Positions 1-13,690 of a stretch of 64,000 nucleotides of DNA are shown here, one piece after another (position 1 is the first letter of the stretch; the number at the start of each line of letters is the position of its first letter). Below the pieces are notes generated by a model. The model saw nothing but the letters and a program-made list of their open reading frames with translations, did no database searches and had not been told where the DNA came from. This stretch comes from Octopus bimaculoides. Lineage: Eukaryota. A program made the translations under genes and the position numbers. The stretch covers positions 50,192,563 to 50,256,562 of the forward strand of contig NC_068997.1 of the NCBI RefSeq assembly GCF_001194135.2, in the 5' to 3' direction.

Positions 1-40
<40 letters not shown>

Positions 41-192
41 CAAATGGTGAAGGATTATCAATTTGGGAAAAATACTTAAGCTCTCTGTTGGAACACCAGG
101 CTAACAATATTTCTAAGATTAGTGAAGAATTCCAGGTAATCATTTGGTGGGGTCCAAGGTTAGGGTTCATCACAATTCTTATATATATATAT

Positions 193-512
193 TAGAATGG
201 CTGGTACTCTGTCAGTTACGATGATGAGGGTTACAGTTGATTCAATAAACAGAACAACCTGTTCGTGAAATTAACATGTTGAGTAATTCACAGACACAGG
301 GTACCCTTAAAGTAGTTCTCAGGGAAATCCAGCCTGACAGAATGTGACAAGGCTGGCTCTTTGAATTACAGGTACAACTCATTTTTGCCAGCTGAGTAGA
401 CTGGAGCAAAGTGAAGTAAAGTGTCTTGCTCAAGGACACAGCACTCCACTTGGAATCAAACTCACAACCTTATAAACATGAGCTAAATATCCTAACCACT
501 AAGCTATGCACC
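193..512 (-). mobile_element. tRNA-headed SINE (older copy; boundaries approximate)
   Basis: Its minus strand has a tRNA-like head, the central block TGTGTCCTTGAGCAAGACACTTTACTTCAC...CTCAGCTGG also seen at 28.2, 50.8 and 60.0 kb, and a 3' part homologous to the copy at 27366-27746. Confidence 0.8.
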
Positions 513-914
513 TCAATAAAGACCGGGAAAAGATTATATTTCGAAACATCCAATAGTAAACTTCTTACATATTAACTCACGTTTGAGTATTGAGTACTTT
601 TTTTTGTCGCAAGACTGTCTGTTCATACCTACAATTCAGTTGTTTTTCAGTCTGACAGTTACTTTATTACTTTAGACATATTTTGACAGTTATTACAAGT
701 TTTAAATTTCCTGGTTATTCTAGGTCTATTTTTTCGCTTGCCAGCCCTCAGTCAAACCGTCCAACCCATGCCAGCAGATGTTAAACGACGAAGAATCTTT
801 AAACTTGGCTTTACTTTTCTTTAAGTATTTCTGTGCGTGTGTGTGTGTGTGGCAATCGACTGCCCGTATCCACAAAATTTCAGGACTTGTGCTTATAAGA
901 GGGAAAATTATTAT

Positions 915-1590
915 TATGAAGGTGGCAGAATAGTTCGGACTCAGGACAAAATGCTTAGTGGTATTTCGTCAGGCTTTAGGTTCTGAGTTCAAATACCGCC
1001 GAGGTTGGCTTTGCTTTTCATCCTTTCGGGGTCGATAAAATAAGTGCCAGTTGACGCTAGGGGGTCGATATAATCGACCTAACCCCATCCCCCGAAATTA
1101 CTGGTCTTGTGCCAAAATTTGAGACCATTATTATTAAGGCATCGAACTAGCAGAATCGTTAGCACACCGGACGAGATGCTTCGCAGCATTTCTTCCGGCT
1201 TTACATTCTGAGTTCAAATTCCGCCGAAGTTGACTTTGCCTCTCATCCATTCGGGGGCGATAAAATAAGTACCCGCTGAGTACTGAAATTGACTAGCCCT
1301 CGCACCCAAATTCCAGGCCTTGTGCCTATAGTAGAAAGGAAGATAGTTACTATTATTATTACTATTATTTTACAAAATTGTTAGCGCGTCGGATAAAAAT
1401 ACTTAGTGGTATTCCTTCAGGCTCTTTACGTTCTGAGTTCAGTTACCGCCGAGGTCGACTTCACCTTTCATTTATTCGGGGTTGATAAAGTACCAGGTGA
1501 ACACAGGGTCGTCGATGTAATCGACTTCACCCTTCCCTCCAAATTGTTAGTTTTGAACCAAATCTTGAAAGCATTATTTTTATTATTCCT
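915..1590 (+). mobile_element. Three head-to-tail copies of a ~200 bp SINE-like element separated by (ATT)n
   Basis: The motif TTCTGAGTTCAAAT(T/A)CCGCCGA(G/A)GT..ACTTT...ATAAAATAAGTACC recurs three times, each copy flanked by ATTATT tracts. CpGs are largely intact. Confidence 0.85.
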
Positions 1591-1910
1591 AATTTTGGCT
1601 ACGTATATCGACAGTTGTCTGTCACCAGCGCACTGAACTGTTGCTTTATCTTCACTTCGTCTCTCTTATAACTCAAGTTTTTATTATTATTATTCAGTAA
1701 AACAAAATACACACATACATTATCTCTCTCACATTATATATATACATATATAATTCATACCCATCGAATTATTCTGAAACAGATACTTAACTGATTTGTT
1801 TACACCGATATCTAAGATCGATCGCCCGACGAGTTAGGCTATTTAGTTACAGAAAGTGAAAAGAATAAGTATGTGCGTGTGTGTAGATGTACATGTGTTC
1901 ACTATACATA

Positions 1911-1948
<38 letters not shown>

Positions 1949-2310
1949 GAGGTGGTATTATGTATGTGTATGAAACATTTCAGACTGGCGAAAGACGACG
2001 AACTTTTTGGATGTGTGTGCGTGTGTCTTATAAATATTCATATAAAGTGTCTGTGTGTTCGTGTATTATAAATCCATGAATATCTGTATCTGTGAAGTGT
2101 GATTTATAAAGGTATATTCTCAAGACGCAAATTACACTAATTCCCTATGTAATGGAAAGGGTGCACATTCCAGTGAGTGTGTGTGTGTGTGTTATAAATG
2201 CACATAGTGTATGTATTTGTGAATGCGCGCATATAAGTGTGGTTATATGCAAATACGCTCTGACTATAAATGTATGCGTGTGCTTGAGCATGTGTGTACA
2301 TACATATAAT

Positions 2311-2363
<53 letters not shown>

Positions 2364-3329
2364 NNNNNNNNNNNNNNNNNNNNNNNNNNNNNNNNNNNNN
2401 NNNNNNNNNNNNNNNNNNNNNNNNNNNNNNNNNNNNNNNNNNNNNNNNNNNNNNNNNNNNNNNNNNNNNTATTATTTCAATTAATTGATATCACATTTAA
2501 AAAGAAAGAAAAAAAGAACTAATTTAACGGAAACACTATGTCGATACAGTTAATAATTTATACTAAATGCATGCAGTTATCATCAGCCTCGTATGATATA
2601 AAAATACCAAAAAAATTAAAGTGGGTGTGTGAGAATACGCAACAATACGATGAAGAAAATTTAAATAAATTTAATACTTTTTTTTTTTTTTCAAAAGAGA
2701 AAGCTACAGAAAATAGGGAGGGTGGAATTATTTGGGAGGAAAAATAAAGCCTTACCGAGATGAATAAATTTCTGTTGATCAAATGTAAGATGATTGCACA
2801 ATGATAATATTGCAATAAGAATTATAATTATATTGTGCTTTAAACGTTGGTGATGACGATGATGGCTATTTTTAAAGAGTATGGTTTGTTTTTAGTTTTG
2901 GTTCGATCGAAGACAAGGACCAAATGTTAACATAAAAAATATTGTTGTTTACTTGTAAGCAACAGTTAACACTGTATATCTGTATGTGTGTGTGTGTCTA
3001 TAAATGCGTGTGGAAATCGCGCGTGTAAATGTAAAAAAGCCAAGTATAAAATTTAAAATAATTCCCAGAATGGTGCTGGTAGTGGTAACGATGCTGATGA
3101 TCGCACTTTGATTTCCTCTCCTCAAAAGCAACTACAACTTTCTTTATAATTCAAGGGGAAAATAAAATAATATAAAATAAAAAAACTTCGTTTCATATTT
3201 TCTTAAAGACTGTTCGTTTCTTTCTAATTCGCTTCATTTCTCTTCCACGTCTATTGTAGAAGTGGCAGCTGCATGAATAGTTGTTTGCGTTATACAGTCA
3301 CGTTAATAATGGTAAAAAGTGAAAAATAG

Positions 3330-3719
3330 ATGTTGTGACCTCAACTAATCTGACCTTTAACCTCATACTACTCACCAAAGTTCATTTCCGGTTATGCGTG
3401 TCAACCTCACACAGGCAAACATGTTTTGTTGACGTACAATGGTAATAAACTGTACATACTTTCAAGCGGTGATATTATTTTGTAATTATTAATTTTAGAT
3501 TATTCCTCGCCTTTTTTCCTTACTTTGAGACACATTAAATTAATTTCCAATCCTCTTTTCTGATAAATTCTCGTGTTTATTATCAAAAATCCACATACAT
3601 CGACATAACCAAGCAATAAAGAACAACAAAACCTCGAAGTTTTACACACAAACCTCTGACGTCACAGGAAGGAGTAAGTTTTAATGGTTGCTTTGGCGAG
3701 AGTTGTGGAGGCGACTCAG
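3330..3719 (+). promoter_or_regulatory. Candidate promoter / first non-coding exon
   Basis: Unique CpG-containing sequence with TGACCT half-sites (3336, 3351; DR1-like TGACCTTTAACCT), TTCCGG (ETS-like, ~3386) and a full CRE TGACGTCA (3657-3664). Donor-like sites follow: GGA|GTAAGT (3674) and CAG|GTAAGA (3720). Inference only; no transcript evidence. Confidence 0.4.
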
Positions 3720-4017
3720 GTAAGATGTACCACTTTTATTTCACTGAAATATAGAATAATACATAAAATATCTCATTTAAATTATTATTATCGTCATTAT
3801 TTCACACATTCCAACAATCACTGTTAAAATATTCTAGATATTTGTTCGCCTATGGCGTGAATTTTAACAAAATGAATCCATGTATATATGTATATGTTCA
3901 TTACGTCAAGACACCACTCTCTCTCTTTTCTCCCTTCGCTCTCCCTCTCGCTCATTCTCTCTTTCTTTCGTTGTCATTGCCTGTTGGTTATAGATATACA
4001 ATATATATATATGTATA

Positions 4018-4043
4018 TACATACACATCATGTAAGTATATAG

Positions 4044-4076
<33 letters not shown>

Positions 4077-4246
4077 CATACATGCATGCGCGCGTGTGTA
4101 TATATATATATATGTGTATTTATATACAGTAGAGGTGTTCATTTGGAGGTATATATATATATATATATATATACATCATGTAAGTATATAGATGTATGTG
4201 TGTGTGTGTGTGTATATATATACAGTAGAGGAGTTCATTTGGAGGT
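4018..4246. repeat. Tandem duplication whose unit contains variable TA/TG microsatellites
   Basis: CATCATGTAAGTATATAGATG...ATACAGTAGAGG(T/A)GTTCATTTGGAGGTA occurs twice in tandem. Confidence 0.8.
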
Positions 4247-4856
4247 AGAGTGCGAGCAAACTGATGGAGGAACTACTGAAGTAGTAGCGTAGCTCGAAAC
4301 AAGCAAATTATTTGCCAGTTGATCGTCCGTTTTAGAATGTCACTGGCACCGATAATAATAATAATAATAATAATAAAAACAGCAATGATAATGTTTATGG
4401 CAAGATAAGATAATATGGGATCTTTCTCTTCTTTTTTCTTTGATCTTTTATCGCTCTCTTCTTTTCTTTCCTTTTGACTTGTCGTCTCTCTACGATTCGT
4501 CTTGAAATGAGAAAGGAAAAGATGAAATGAAATAGAAGCAGATTAGATAAAAACCCCCACCGAAAAAAAAAAAACTACACATATCTATGTATTTATTTAT
4601 ATTTATCAGTCTACCCATCACCTAGTTCTGCTGTAGCAGCCCATACATCTCTGTGTTTTAGTTTTATAATAATAATAATTATTATTAATATTATTATTAA
4701 TAATAATAATAATAATAATGATACTATTAAAGGGAAGAAGAAAATGAACATTGTGACATAGCCAAAATAGTCGACGATTTAAGTAACATCTTTGAAATAA
4801 TGACAGTGGCAGAAGAAATAGCAGCAGAGGATACACAGAGACAGACATACATACAT

Positions 4857-4891
<35 letters not shown>

Positions 4892-5014
4892 GGGTGTGTG
4901 TGTATTGTATGTATATATACTCATATACGTTTCAGTTTGTCTAGATTTTTGTATGTATATTTATATATATATATAATGTATGTATTTTTCGTAGCCCATT
5001 AACCGTAACAGCGG

Positions 5015-5055
<41 letters not shown>

Positions 5056-6064
5056 NNNNNNNNNNNNNNNNNNNNNNNNNNNNNNNNNNNNNNNNNNNNN
5101 NNNNNNNNNNNNNNNNNNNNNNNNNNNNNNNNNNNNNNNNNNNNNNNNNNNNNNNNNNNNNNNNNNNNNNNNNNNNNNNNNNNNNNNNNNNNNNNNNNNN
5201 NNNNNNNNNNNNNNNNNNNNNNNNNNNNNNNNNNNNNNNNNNNNNNNNNNNNNNNNNNNNNNNNNNNNNNNNNNNNNNNNNNNNNNNNNNNNNNNNNNNN
5301 NNNNNNNNNNNNNNNNNNNNNNNNNNNNNNNNNNNNNNNNNNNNNNNNNNNNNNNNNNNNNNNNNNNNNNNNNNNNNNNNNNNNNNNNNNNNNNNNNNNN
5401 NNNNNNNNNNNNNNNNNNNNNNNNNNNNNNNNNNNNNNNNNNNNNNNNNNNNNNNNNNNNNNNNNNNNNNNNNNNNNNNNNNNNNNNNNNNNNNNNNNNN
5501 NNNNNNNNNNNNNNNNNNNNNNNNNNNNNNNNNNNNNNNNNNNTGAAACCCCTAAAATTCACTCCCTCCCACTCTCTCTTGTGTATACATACATATTTAT
5601 ATATGTGTGTGTGTGTGTGATTTGTATGTATATGTACTCTTAGGATTGCCCTTTAAATTCTGTTGTGTTTTCCCTCTCCCCATGTGATTTTTATTCCGTT
5701 TACGAAAATAGTCCGAGGGGTTGATGATAATAAAAATAATAAGGTTTTAAATAATAAAGATAAACTGCAACGAATTTATATGGACGATGTAGTAATCAAT
5801 GAAATAATGTCTGTTCTTTATTTTTACCCCTCGAAAGATTTCTTTTTTTTTTTTTTTTAAAGAGGGCGGGATGGGGTTTCTTATATGATCATGACGCCCA
5901 AGAAAATTTTAAAGGAACGGAAATTAGGAAGTGGAGGCGTTCATATTTTTTTCTGTGAATTGTATCAGATACAACTGGAAAGTGAAACCGTGTTTGTGAG
6001 TCTCGGGTCGCTGAGAATTTGACCACTTCGCTGCGGCATTCTCCAATAATAATAATAATAATAA

Positions 6065-6320
6065 TTAAAATTGTTTCCAACGTAGGTACAAGGCGTGAAA
6101 TTTTACTGGAGGTTGGTTGGTTGGTTGTGGGAGGTGAGCTGTCGATTATATCGATCCCTCAGTACTCGACTGGGTACTTTTTGTTTTATCGACTCGGGGA
6201 GAGACGAAAGACTAAGCTGACCTCAGCGGGATTTGAACACGAGAACACGAAGAGCCGGAACAAATGCCGCAAGACGTTTTTACCCGGCGCTCTAAACGAA
6301 TCTGCCAATCCACCACCCGA
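6065..6320 (-). mobile_element. SINE-like element of the (ATT)n-flanked family
   Basis: Reverse complement of the 915-1590 unit, flanked by (AAT)n and (ATT)n, with CpGs retained. Further copies at ~10165, ~10515, ~11340, ~49100, ~57990 and ~63390. Confidence 0.8.
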
Positions 6321-7164
6321 TGTAATAATGATTATTATTATTATTATAGTAATTATTATTATTATAGTAATAATGATGATGGCTTAGGGTGAAAAAATGC
6401 ATAGGCCACCATGAACAAAATCATTTACCTTCCACTACTACTTCCACCTAAAGCCACCAATGTACTATAACCACTACTACTACTACTGATATAATCATCT
6501 TCCAATACAACTAGCTCCTCTCTCATCATCATCATTATCGTCATTAACAACAGCACTATCATCGCTCACCACTGTCTCCACTATCAGCCCCAGCGCTAAT
6601 GTCATCACTAAACTACTATCAACACCGCATACGTAGTCCAACTCTTTCCTCCTCCCCCTCCTCCTCCTCCCACCCTCTCATGTACATTTCTCCCTCATTC
6701 ACATTTCATTTTTATTTATATAATCACACACACAAATCTCATATGTATGTATGTATATGTTAACTTAGCATTCTGATGGATTTTTTTTGTCTTTATTTCC
6801 TTTTTTTTTTTTCTGACCAAATCTCCCGACTCGTTACTTACTAATCCGTATTAAAACACCTGCCCTACCTTCATACCTACTGATCTTTTTTTCTTTCTTT
6901 TCATTTGTGTGTGTGTTTATTAAATACGTTCAAACTATCTTTCTATTCTATCTCCCTCCTCTGGTGTGTGTGTATGTATGTATGTATGTGTGTCTTGCTG
7001 CAGATGACTATTTTGGTAGTTGGCATTTGCTACTGTAATTAGTATGCTAGCTTCACTTGGTTCATATAAACCCGAATCGTCCCCTTTCTGCGTGTTTATA
7101 TAGTTTGTTTTGGGAGGGACTGCTTCAACACGCCTTCATCGTCATCATCTCTCTCTCTCTCATT

Positions 7165-7204
<40 letters not shown>

Positions 7205-7300
7205 CCTATTTGTCTGTCTATCGGTCTGTTCATGTTTATTGCTTAGGCATTAACTAAATTTCAAGGGTGGAAAAAAATTCCATTCATTTACAACTCTGTA

Positions 7301-7337
<37 letters not shown>

Positions 7338-8083
7338 TTGTATATGCTCATAAGTATATAGATATTTCAAATAGGCCGAGATGTTTTATATGTGTGTGTG
7401 TGTATATGTGCGGTGTATGTCTATCAGTGAGCGCTATATATTGATTCCTTTTTCAATGTTGTATATATGTTGTATACAATCTCCTCCTACTTCTCTTTTG
7501 CCTTGGAAGTCCATCTTTTATTCTTTTTTCTTTCCCTCCCTTCGAACTCGTTCATTTTGAACTCATTGTGTGTGTGTGTGTGTGTGTGTGTGTCTCTCTC
7601 TTTCTCACCTATTTTGTCCATCTCCCTACCTTCGTTTTTTTTTTTGTCTTTTTTCATTTCGCCTCTAATCTCGCTTTCACCTACCACCACCACCACCGCC
7701 GCCCTTTATCACCAATTTATTTTCACCTCCTTACCACTTTCACTCTCTCTATCTCTCTGACCTTCACTTGGTCAAATCTGCTACAAACCTGACTCGGTTT
7801 TGTTGTACTGGCTAATATTCAATTATACAGTTCAAATTATCGATGAGTTCACACACACTCGCTTTGAGTGTTTGTGTGTGTGTGTGTGTTCCTATTATTT
7901 TTTACAACCAGTTTTATTTGTATACTTATTTTTATATCCTGTATTGTATGTCGTTTTTTAATGATATAATTCTCTGTGTGTATATATATATATATATATA
8001 TAATAGATCGGTGTGTGTAACAATGTGTGTATAATAAATGATTGATATTGATTTCTACATACACACACACACACACGCACATA

Positions 8084-8134
<51 letters not shown>

Positions 8135-8614
8135 NNNNNNNNNNNNNNNNNNNNNNNNNNNNNNNNNNNNNNNNNNNNNNNNNNNNNNNNNNNNNNNNNN
8201 NNNNNNNNNNNNNNNNNNNNNNNNNNNNNNNNNNNNNNNNNNNNNNNNNNNNNNNNNNNNNNNNNNNNNNNNNNNNNNNNNNNNNNNNNNNNNNNNNNNN
8301 NNNNNNNNNNNNNNNNNNNNNNNNNNNNNNNNNNNNNNNNNNNNNNNNNNNNNNNNNNNNNNNNNNNNNNNNNNNNNNNNNNNNNNNNNNNNNNNNNNNN
8401 NNNNNNNNNNNNNNNNNNNNNNNNNNNNNNNNNNNNNNNNNNNNNNNNNNNNNNNNNNNNNNNNNNNNNNNNNNNNNNNNNNNNNNNNNNNNNNNNNNNN
8501 NNNNNNNNNNNNNNNNNNNNNNNNNNNNNNNNNNNNNNNNNNNNNNNNNNNNNNNNNNNNNNNNNNNNNNNNNNNNNNNNNNNNNNNNNNNNNNNNNNNN
8601 NNNNNNNNNNNNNN

Positions 8615-8655
<41 letters not shown>

Positions 8656-9576
8656 TATATATACATACATACACACACAAATATGTATGTATGTATGTGT
8701 AGCCGGGCTAATTTTTAAGACAGTATAATCATTTTATTTAATGTAGTTTGTCAAATTTGTCTACTACTGTTGAGTAGAGATTTATAAACATTCGACCTGA
8801 TTGATATAGGTAACTTGACTAATCTGGTATGTATTGTTTAACCCCTGGTCATTCCTGATCAGTCAAACCTATGATCGGAGACATTCCAGCCGTGGCTGTT
8901 CCGTCTTAGATAGATAGACAGACAGACAGATCGATCGATCTAAATCTACATTTTCTGTGTCCTTTCTTCCTTTGAAGACGGTGGGATTTGAGGATATTGT
9001 TGCTACAATTTTTACTAGTTTGAGTAACCACGCAGAGGCCCCCTTCTCTGGCTCATGGTTTAAATAGGACTTCACAGTGATGTGATTCAGAGGACTGCAT
9101 GCTGTGTCTGAATGGCGGTGTTTTTCTCCTTGTCTGAGCACTTGTTGAATTTCTGGTTTCTTTCCAGCCAATATACGTCAAGAAAGATACCAAGACAAAG
9201 GAAAGATCGATCGATCAATCGATTGATTGATTCTTATAAATAATGATAATGTAAAATTTGAAAATAAATATCGCTGCTACCCCAGTAAAAGTAACAAAAG
9301 GAGTACAGTGAGAGAATACTTGTTACTTTGCGCCATTTGGCAAACCACTTTTTTTGACATGAACCTTTCCATGCTTGCCCACCACTCAGAAAATTTACCA
9401 AACACAAGGATTAGCTGCTCCTATGGAAGTGGATAATGAAAATTGTTGAATGACTGGACCTGAGTATATCCCTGGTACTTCGTTTTTCTAGCCAAATATT
9501 TTCATCAAAGACTAGATATCTGGCCCTCAATCAAGTTAATTCTGTTGCTTACATAGTTGTTCTCTTTCTCTCTCTT

Positions 9577-9615
<39 letters not shown>

Positions 9616-11528
9616 GAATTATAGATAAAACTGAGAAGTACTTTTAAAGGGAAAAACTCCCTTCCTCTCCTTTGTGAATTTTGAGACTTTTAAAGGCAGG
9701 AGAACTAGCAAATAGATGTAGTGCTATTTTCTTCAAGGTCTATTTGAGCGACATTATAGGAAGTTAAAATAACTTACAAGAAAATGAAAGTAGATTCGAG
9801 GAATTGTAATTTAGAATTTACACCATAATCACATCATTCGGCTGGCGACGACAGTTCGTGTGTTTTTTATTTATACTTCAATCTACTTCTTGTTAGTGAA
9901 CTCCGAGTTTGGCCCTGATCGGACAAATCTAACAATTCTTTTTTCAGGCGGTGGAGTACGCTATCCAACATGTCTTTTAAGGCGAACGAAAGGGAGGGAG
10001 GGGGAGTATTCTACTAGTTGAGACTTGTCTCCAGGTCAAGTGTAGAGTTCGATACTTTAATGTCCCTCTTAAAATGGAAAATATAATCCCATTTTGTCAG
10101 AATTAAAATTACAAAGTTTTTAATTACTTATTTATGTTAACTAAACTCCAACATACCAACAACTGAGCCGCTGAGGTCAACGTTCCGAGTTCAAATACCC
10201 GCGAGTGGTCGATAAATTAAAGTACCAATCAAGTACCGGAGTCGTTGTAATCGACTTCCCCCTCCCCTTAAAATCTGCTGGTCATGTGCCAACTTTATTA
10301 TTTTTTGTCTTTGTATACTATGTATATACCCCTTCCTTTTCATTGTATACCGTGTATACATACTCCTTATTTTTTTGTTATTTATTCATTTATTTTATCT
10401 TATTTCATATGTAAACCCCCACACTTTGTGTCTGTCTTTGTATTGCCCCCCCCCCATCCTTCGCCCTGGTGGCAATTAAATGAAATTATTATTATTATTA
10501 TTATTATTATTATAAGGTACATGATCACTAATTTGACAGGGTTGAGACAATCGATTCCAGTACTTCATTTAGTACTTTATTTCAACGACACTCCCCCTTC
10601 CACTGGATGAGGATCAATGTTGACCCTGGCGGGATTTGATCTCAGACGTAAAGAGGACCTTACTAAAAACTACAAGGCATTTTAATCCGGCACATTACCT
10701 GTTCCGCCATTCAAACGTTATCGATTTCTTATAAAGGCACCACAAGTCCACCAATTATTTCATTTTATTTAAGTGCTTCGAATTGCACAGTCAGTAGATA
10801 TAGTCTCTGATTGATGGCTATTTCATCAAATCCTGCAGAATTCAATATTATAGAATAATATCGATTTCTACCATAAGCACGATCCTACTCGTTTTGGAGT
10901 ATAGCGTACCACTTTCATTTTCTTTCTTTTTAAACCTTAACTGGTTTTTGTTTGGTGCTCGTAGAAGTTCGTTTATTTAATTGTTAACGCTGTTTGCCAC
11001 TGGTGATATTTTGGGGGTGCAATCTTTTGTTTCAGATATTAACTTGCGGCCATGCTGGGGCACCAGTGTGTTTAGAATTTTTTTTTCATTTGAGTTATCT
11101 AAAACGATTGGCATTTATTATTGACAGTTCTGACTGCTATTTTTAGCGGGTCAGACAGTCGTATCACGGTTCTCTCAAGGAAGTAAAATGACAAAAATTA
11201 TTCAATTTTATTTATTTATTTATTTATTTTCAATGCGTCGAAAAATACGAGAATAATTCATTCAATATTTCTTGTGCGATCAAGCTAGTCACATCACAGC
11301 GTCAAAATAATACTAATAATGATGATAGTAATAATAATGGTTTCAAATTTCGCCACAAGGGCAGCAATTTTTGGGTAGGGGACTAGTTGATTACATCGAC
11401 CTCAGTATTTCACTGGTACTTAATTTATCGACCTCGACGAAATTAGCATTCAGAATTTAAAGACGGGCGAAATACTGCTAAGCATTTTCCCCGGCGTACT
11501 AATGATCTACCAGCTTGCCGCCTTAATG

Positions 11529-11569
<41 letters not shown>

Positions 11570-11789
11570 TTATTTTAAATAATAATTATGATTTCTGTGA
11601 TCGCCAAACAAACTGGTGCCATCCGAAGTTTTAGAAAGTGAAAGTAGCAGTTAGATTGTCACACCCACCCCTAATATGTATCGGTATATATAGTTTACCT
11701 TTTGTCCACCCCCACCCCCCTGATGTTATAACGCAAAATAAGTACCGTCGTAAATTATTATGAGAGAACGACATAAACACTCGTAGAGG

Positions 11790-11930
11790 AATCTGGTTTA
11801 TTTAATGTGAACGTGATGTTGTGATTTTGATTCATTTCCGAAGGTCAGTAGGAGTGTAGTAGAGATTTCGGTTGAAGAGAGATTGTGAAGAAATATGTTG
11901 ATCTTTTTATAATCTCGTCTCTTTTTCAAG
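11790..11930 (+). other. Possible alternative first exon at the CpG-rich/CpG-poor boundary
   Basis: Unique CpG-containing segment with donor-like AAG|GTCAGT (11844) and AAG|GTGAAT (11931). The latter also resembles an acceptor context. Confidence 0.2.
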
Positions 11931-12160
11931 GTGAATTTCTCGTTTTCCTCAAAATGCTATTACTGCCCTTGATTTACATATTGTGACTACAGTATTTAAC
12001 ACACGCACATATTCACTCTCTTTGCTGTATATATTGTTTTGTGTGTTTATTTTTGTTTTGTGTCTGTGTGTGTGTGTGTGTGTGTGTGTATGTATATATA
12101 TACATCTATATAAAAGCGTAAGTGTATATGCATAAAATAACTATTTAAGTGACTTGTGTG

Positions 12161-12170
12161 NNNNNNNNNN
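12161..12170. other. Assembly gap (10 N); other gaps at 2364-2469, 5056-5543, 8135-8614, 14755-14854, 24438-25371, 37510-37848, 62338-62563
   Basis: Runs of N seen directly. Confidence 0.99.
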
Positions 12171-12949
12171 ATTTCCTTCTCCCCCCCCCCTATACATTTG
12201 TATAATTTCTATTGAATGTTGATGGAAAAGATTCTTGCTTGGAGTTGTTTTCATAGCCTCACTGTTTTTTGAGTTCAATATCTCTGGTCCGCTTCATTAA
12301 TCCACTAAATACACCCTTCCTTCCCTTCCTCACCATACTAAAAGTGAAACCCGTGTGTGTGTGTGTGTGTGTCCAGTAGAAGAAATATACCATTATTGTT
12401 GTTGTAATTGTTATTTGTGTTGGCAGTTGCTTTAGTTTCTTTGCTTCTTTTCCAATTAACGATCTTTCAGTGGCCTTCCCTCTTGGTGTGCATCCTTTCT
12501 AGAAATGCTACTTTATGTTCTGGTTCTACAGCTCCAGTTATCAACTGTACAACTTGATTCTATCCACAAAACCTTTATAGCCAATACATCATGCCTCCAC
12601 CCAGTTGAAGACCACACTGTAATTACACACACACACAGTCTGACATGCTGTAGTTGTGGTACGAAGTGAAAGTTTGACCATCTTGTGATTTATCCACTGT
12701 CCTGTCTAATATTAAGTTGTACTTCCAGATCAACCAAGCTGTTAGAACAGAACCTACAAGCAAATCCATTACTTTTTTTTTTTCAAAACATGGTACCTTT
12801 AAGACTACATTTCCAATGTATCCATTTTACTTAAGACAGTAGTGTGTAATTTGAAAAAAAAATTTAGCTGCCATTTCTAACAGGCTATGCTACCATATAG
12901 AAGAGGTGGTGGCAGGGAGATCTGTACTCTAGGGTGTTATAGATGTGTC

Positions 12950-13690
12950 TGGGTGGCAAGGGATTGTGCAAGTTGATGCTTACTGATGCTGCAATAAATT
13001 TGCATATCCAAGTGGTCTTTCAATTTGAGCATGTTGTAGAATTTATTATGGTACTAAATGCACTATTTTATGTTCTTGATGGATTTTTTTTCGGTAGGGG
13101 GTTGGTGATTTGTTAGGGTTCCTGGGGTAATCCTTGATGTCTCTAATATATTGTTTGTACACCAGTGTTGTTATTGTATCAGCCCAATGTAATTGTTGTG
13201 AGTATACTTAATGTTTGTGCAGTGTGTTCTCTTTTCTTTTATCTTCTCTCTGTGTGTAGCTGTAAATATTGTAAAGGTGTTGTGTGTAACTGGTAGTAGT
13301 TATGTCTTCCGAGTGGGTGTGTATATATATATATGTTACTGAATGTGATGGTTGGTTGTATCTGATGTACTTTAATGTTGCTGGTAAGAAGGGACATAAG
13401 ATATATGTAGTTTTTATTTGCTTGGAGCTAGGTTTTGTTGGCAGTTCGTGTTGGGTTAAAGGGTTGGAGTAACGACGGGAGGGGAGTAACTGATGCCACA
13501 TGTATATGATGAGTCTTTTGTATGTTTTGGCAGAGGTGTGTGAAGGTCATGTTGATACGAGTTAAAAATACTTGGTGGCAGGATGGATCCTTGCATTACT
13601 TACTCTGTGAAGGATATTACAGATTCTATGTGTTACGATGTACTTTACATAAGCTTGGCAACGTCAGTGCCAGACAGCGTTTCATGTTGC
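12950..13690 (-). mobile_element. Heavily degraded Penelope-like retroelement remnant (tentative)
   Basis: Minus-strand fragments QGSILPPSIFNSYQHDLHT and CKFIAASVS resemble the KGL.F.PTP...DL..F and RFIAASS motifs of Penelope-like ORFs. Multiple frameshifts and stops. Confidence 0.35.
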
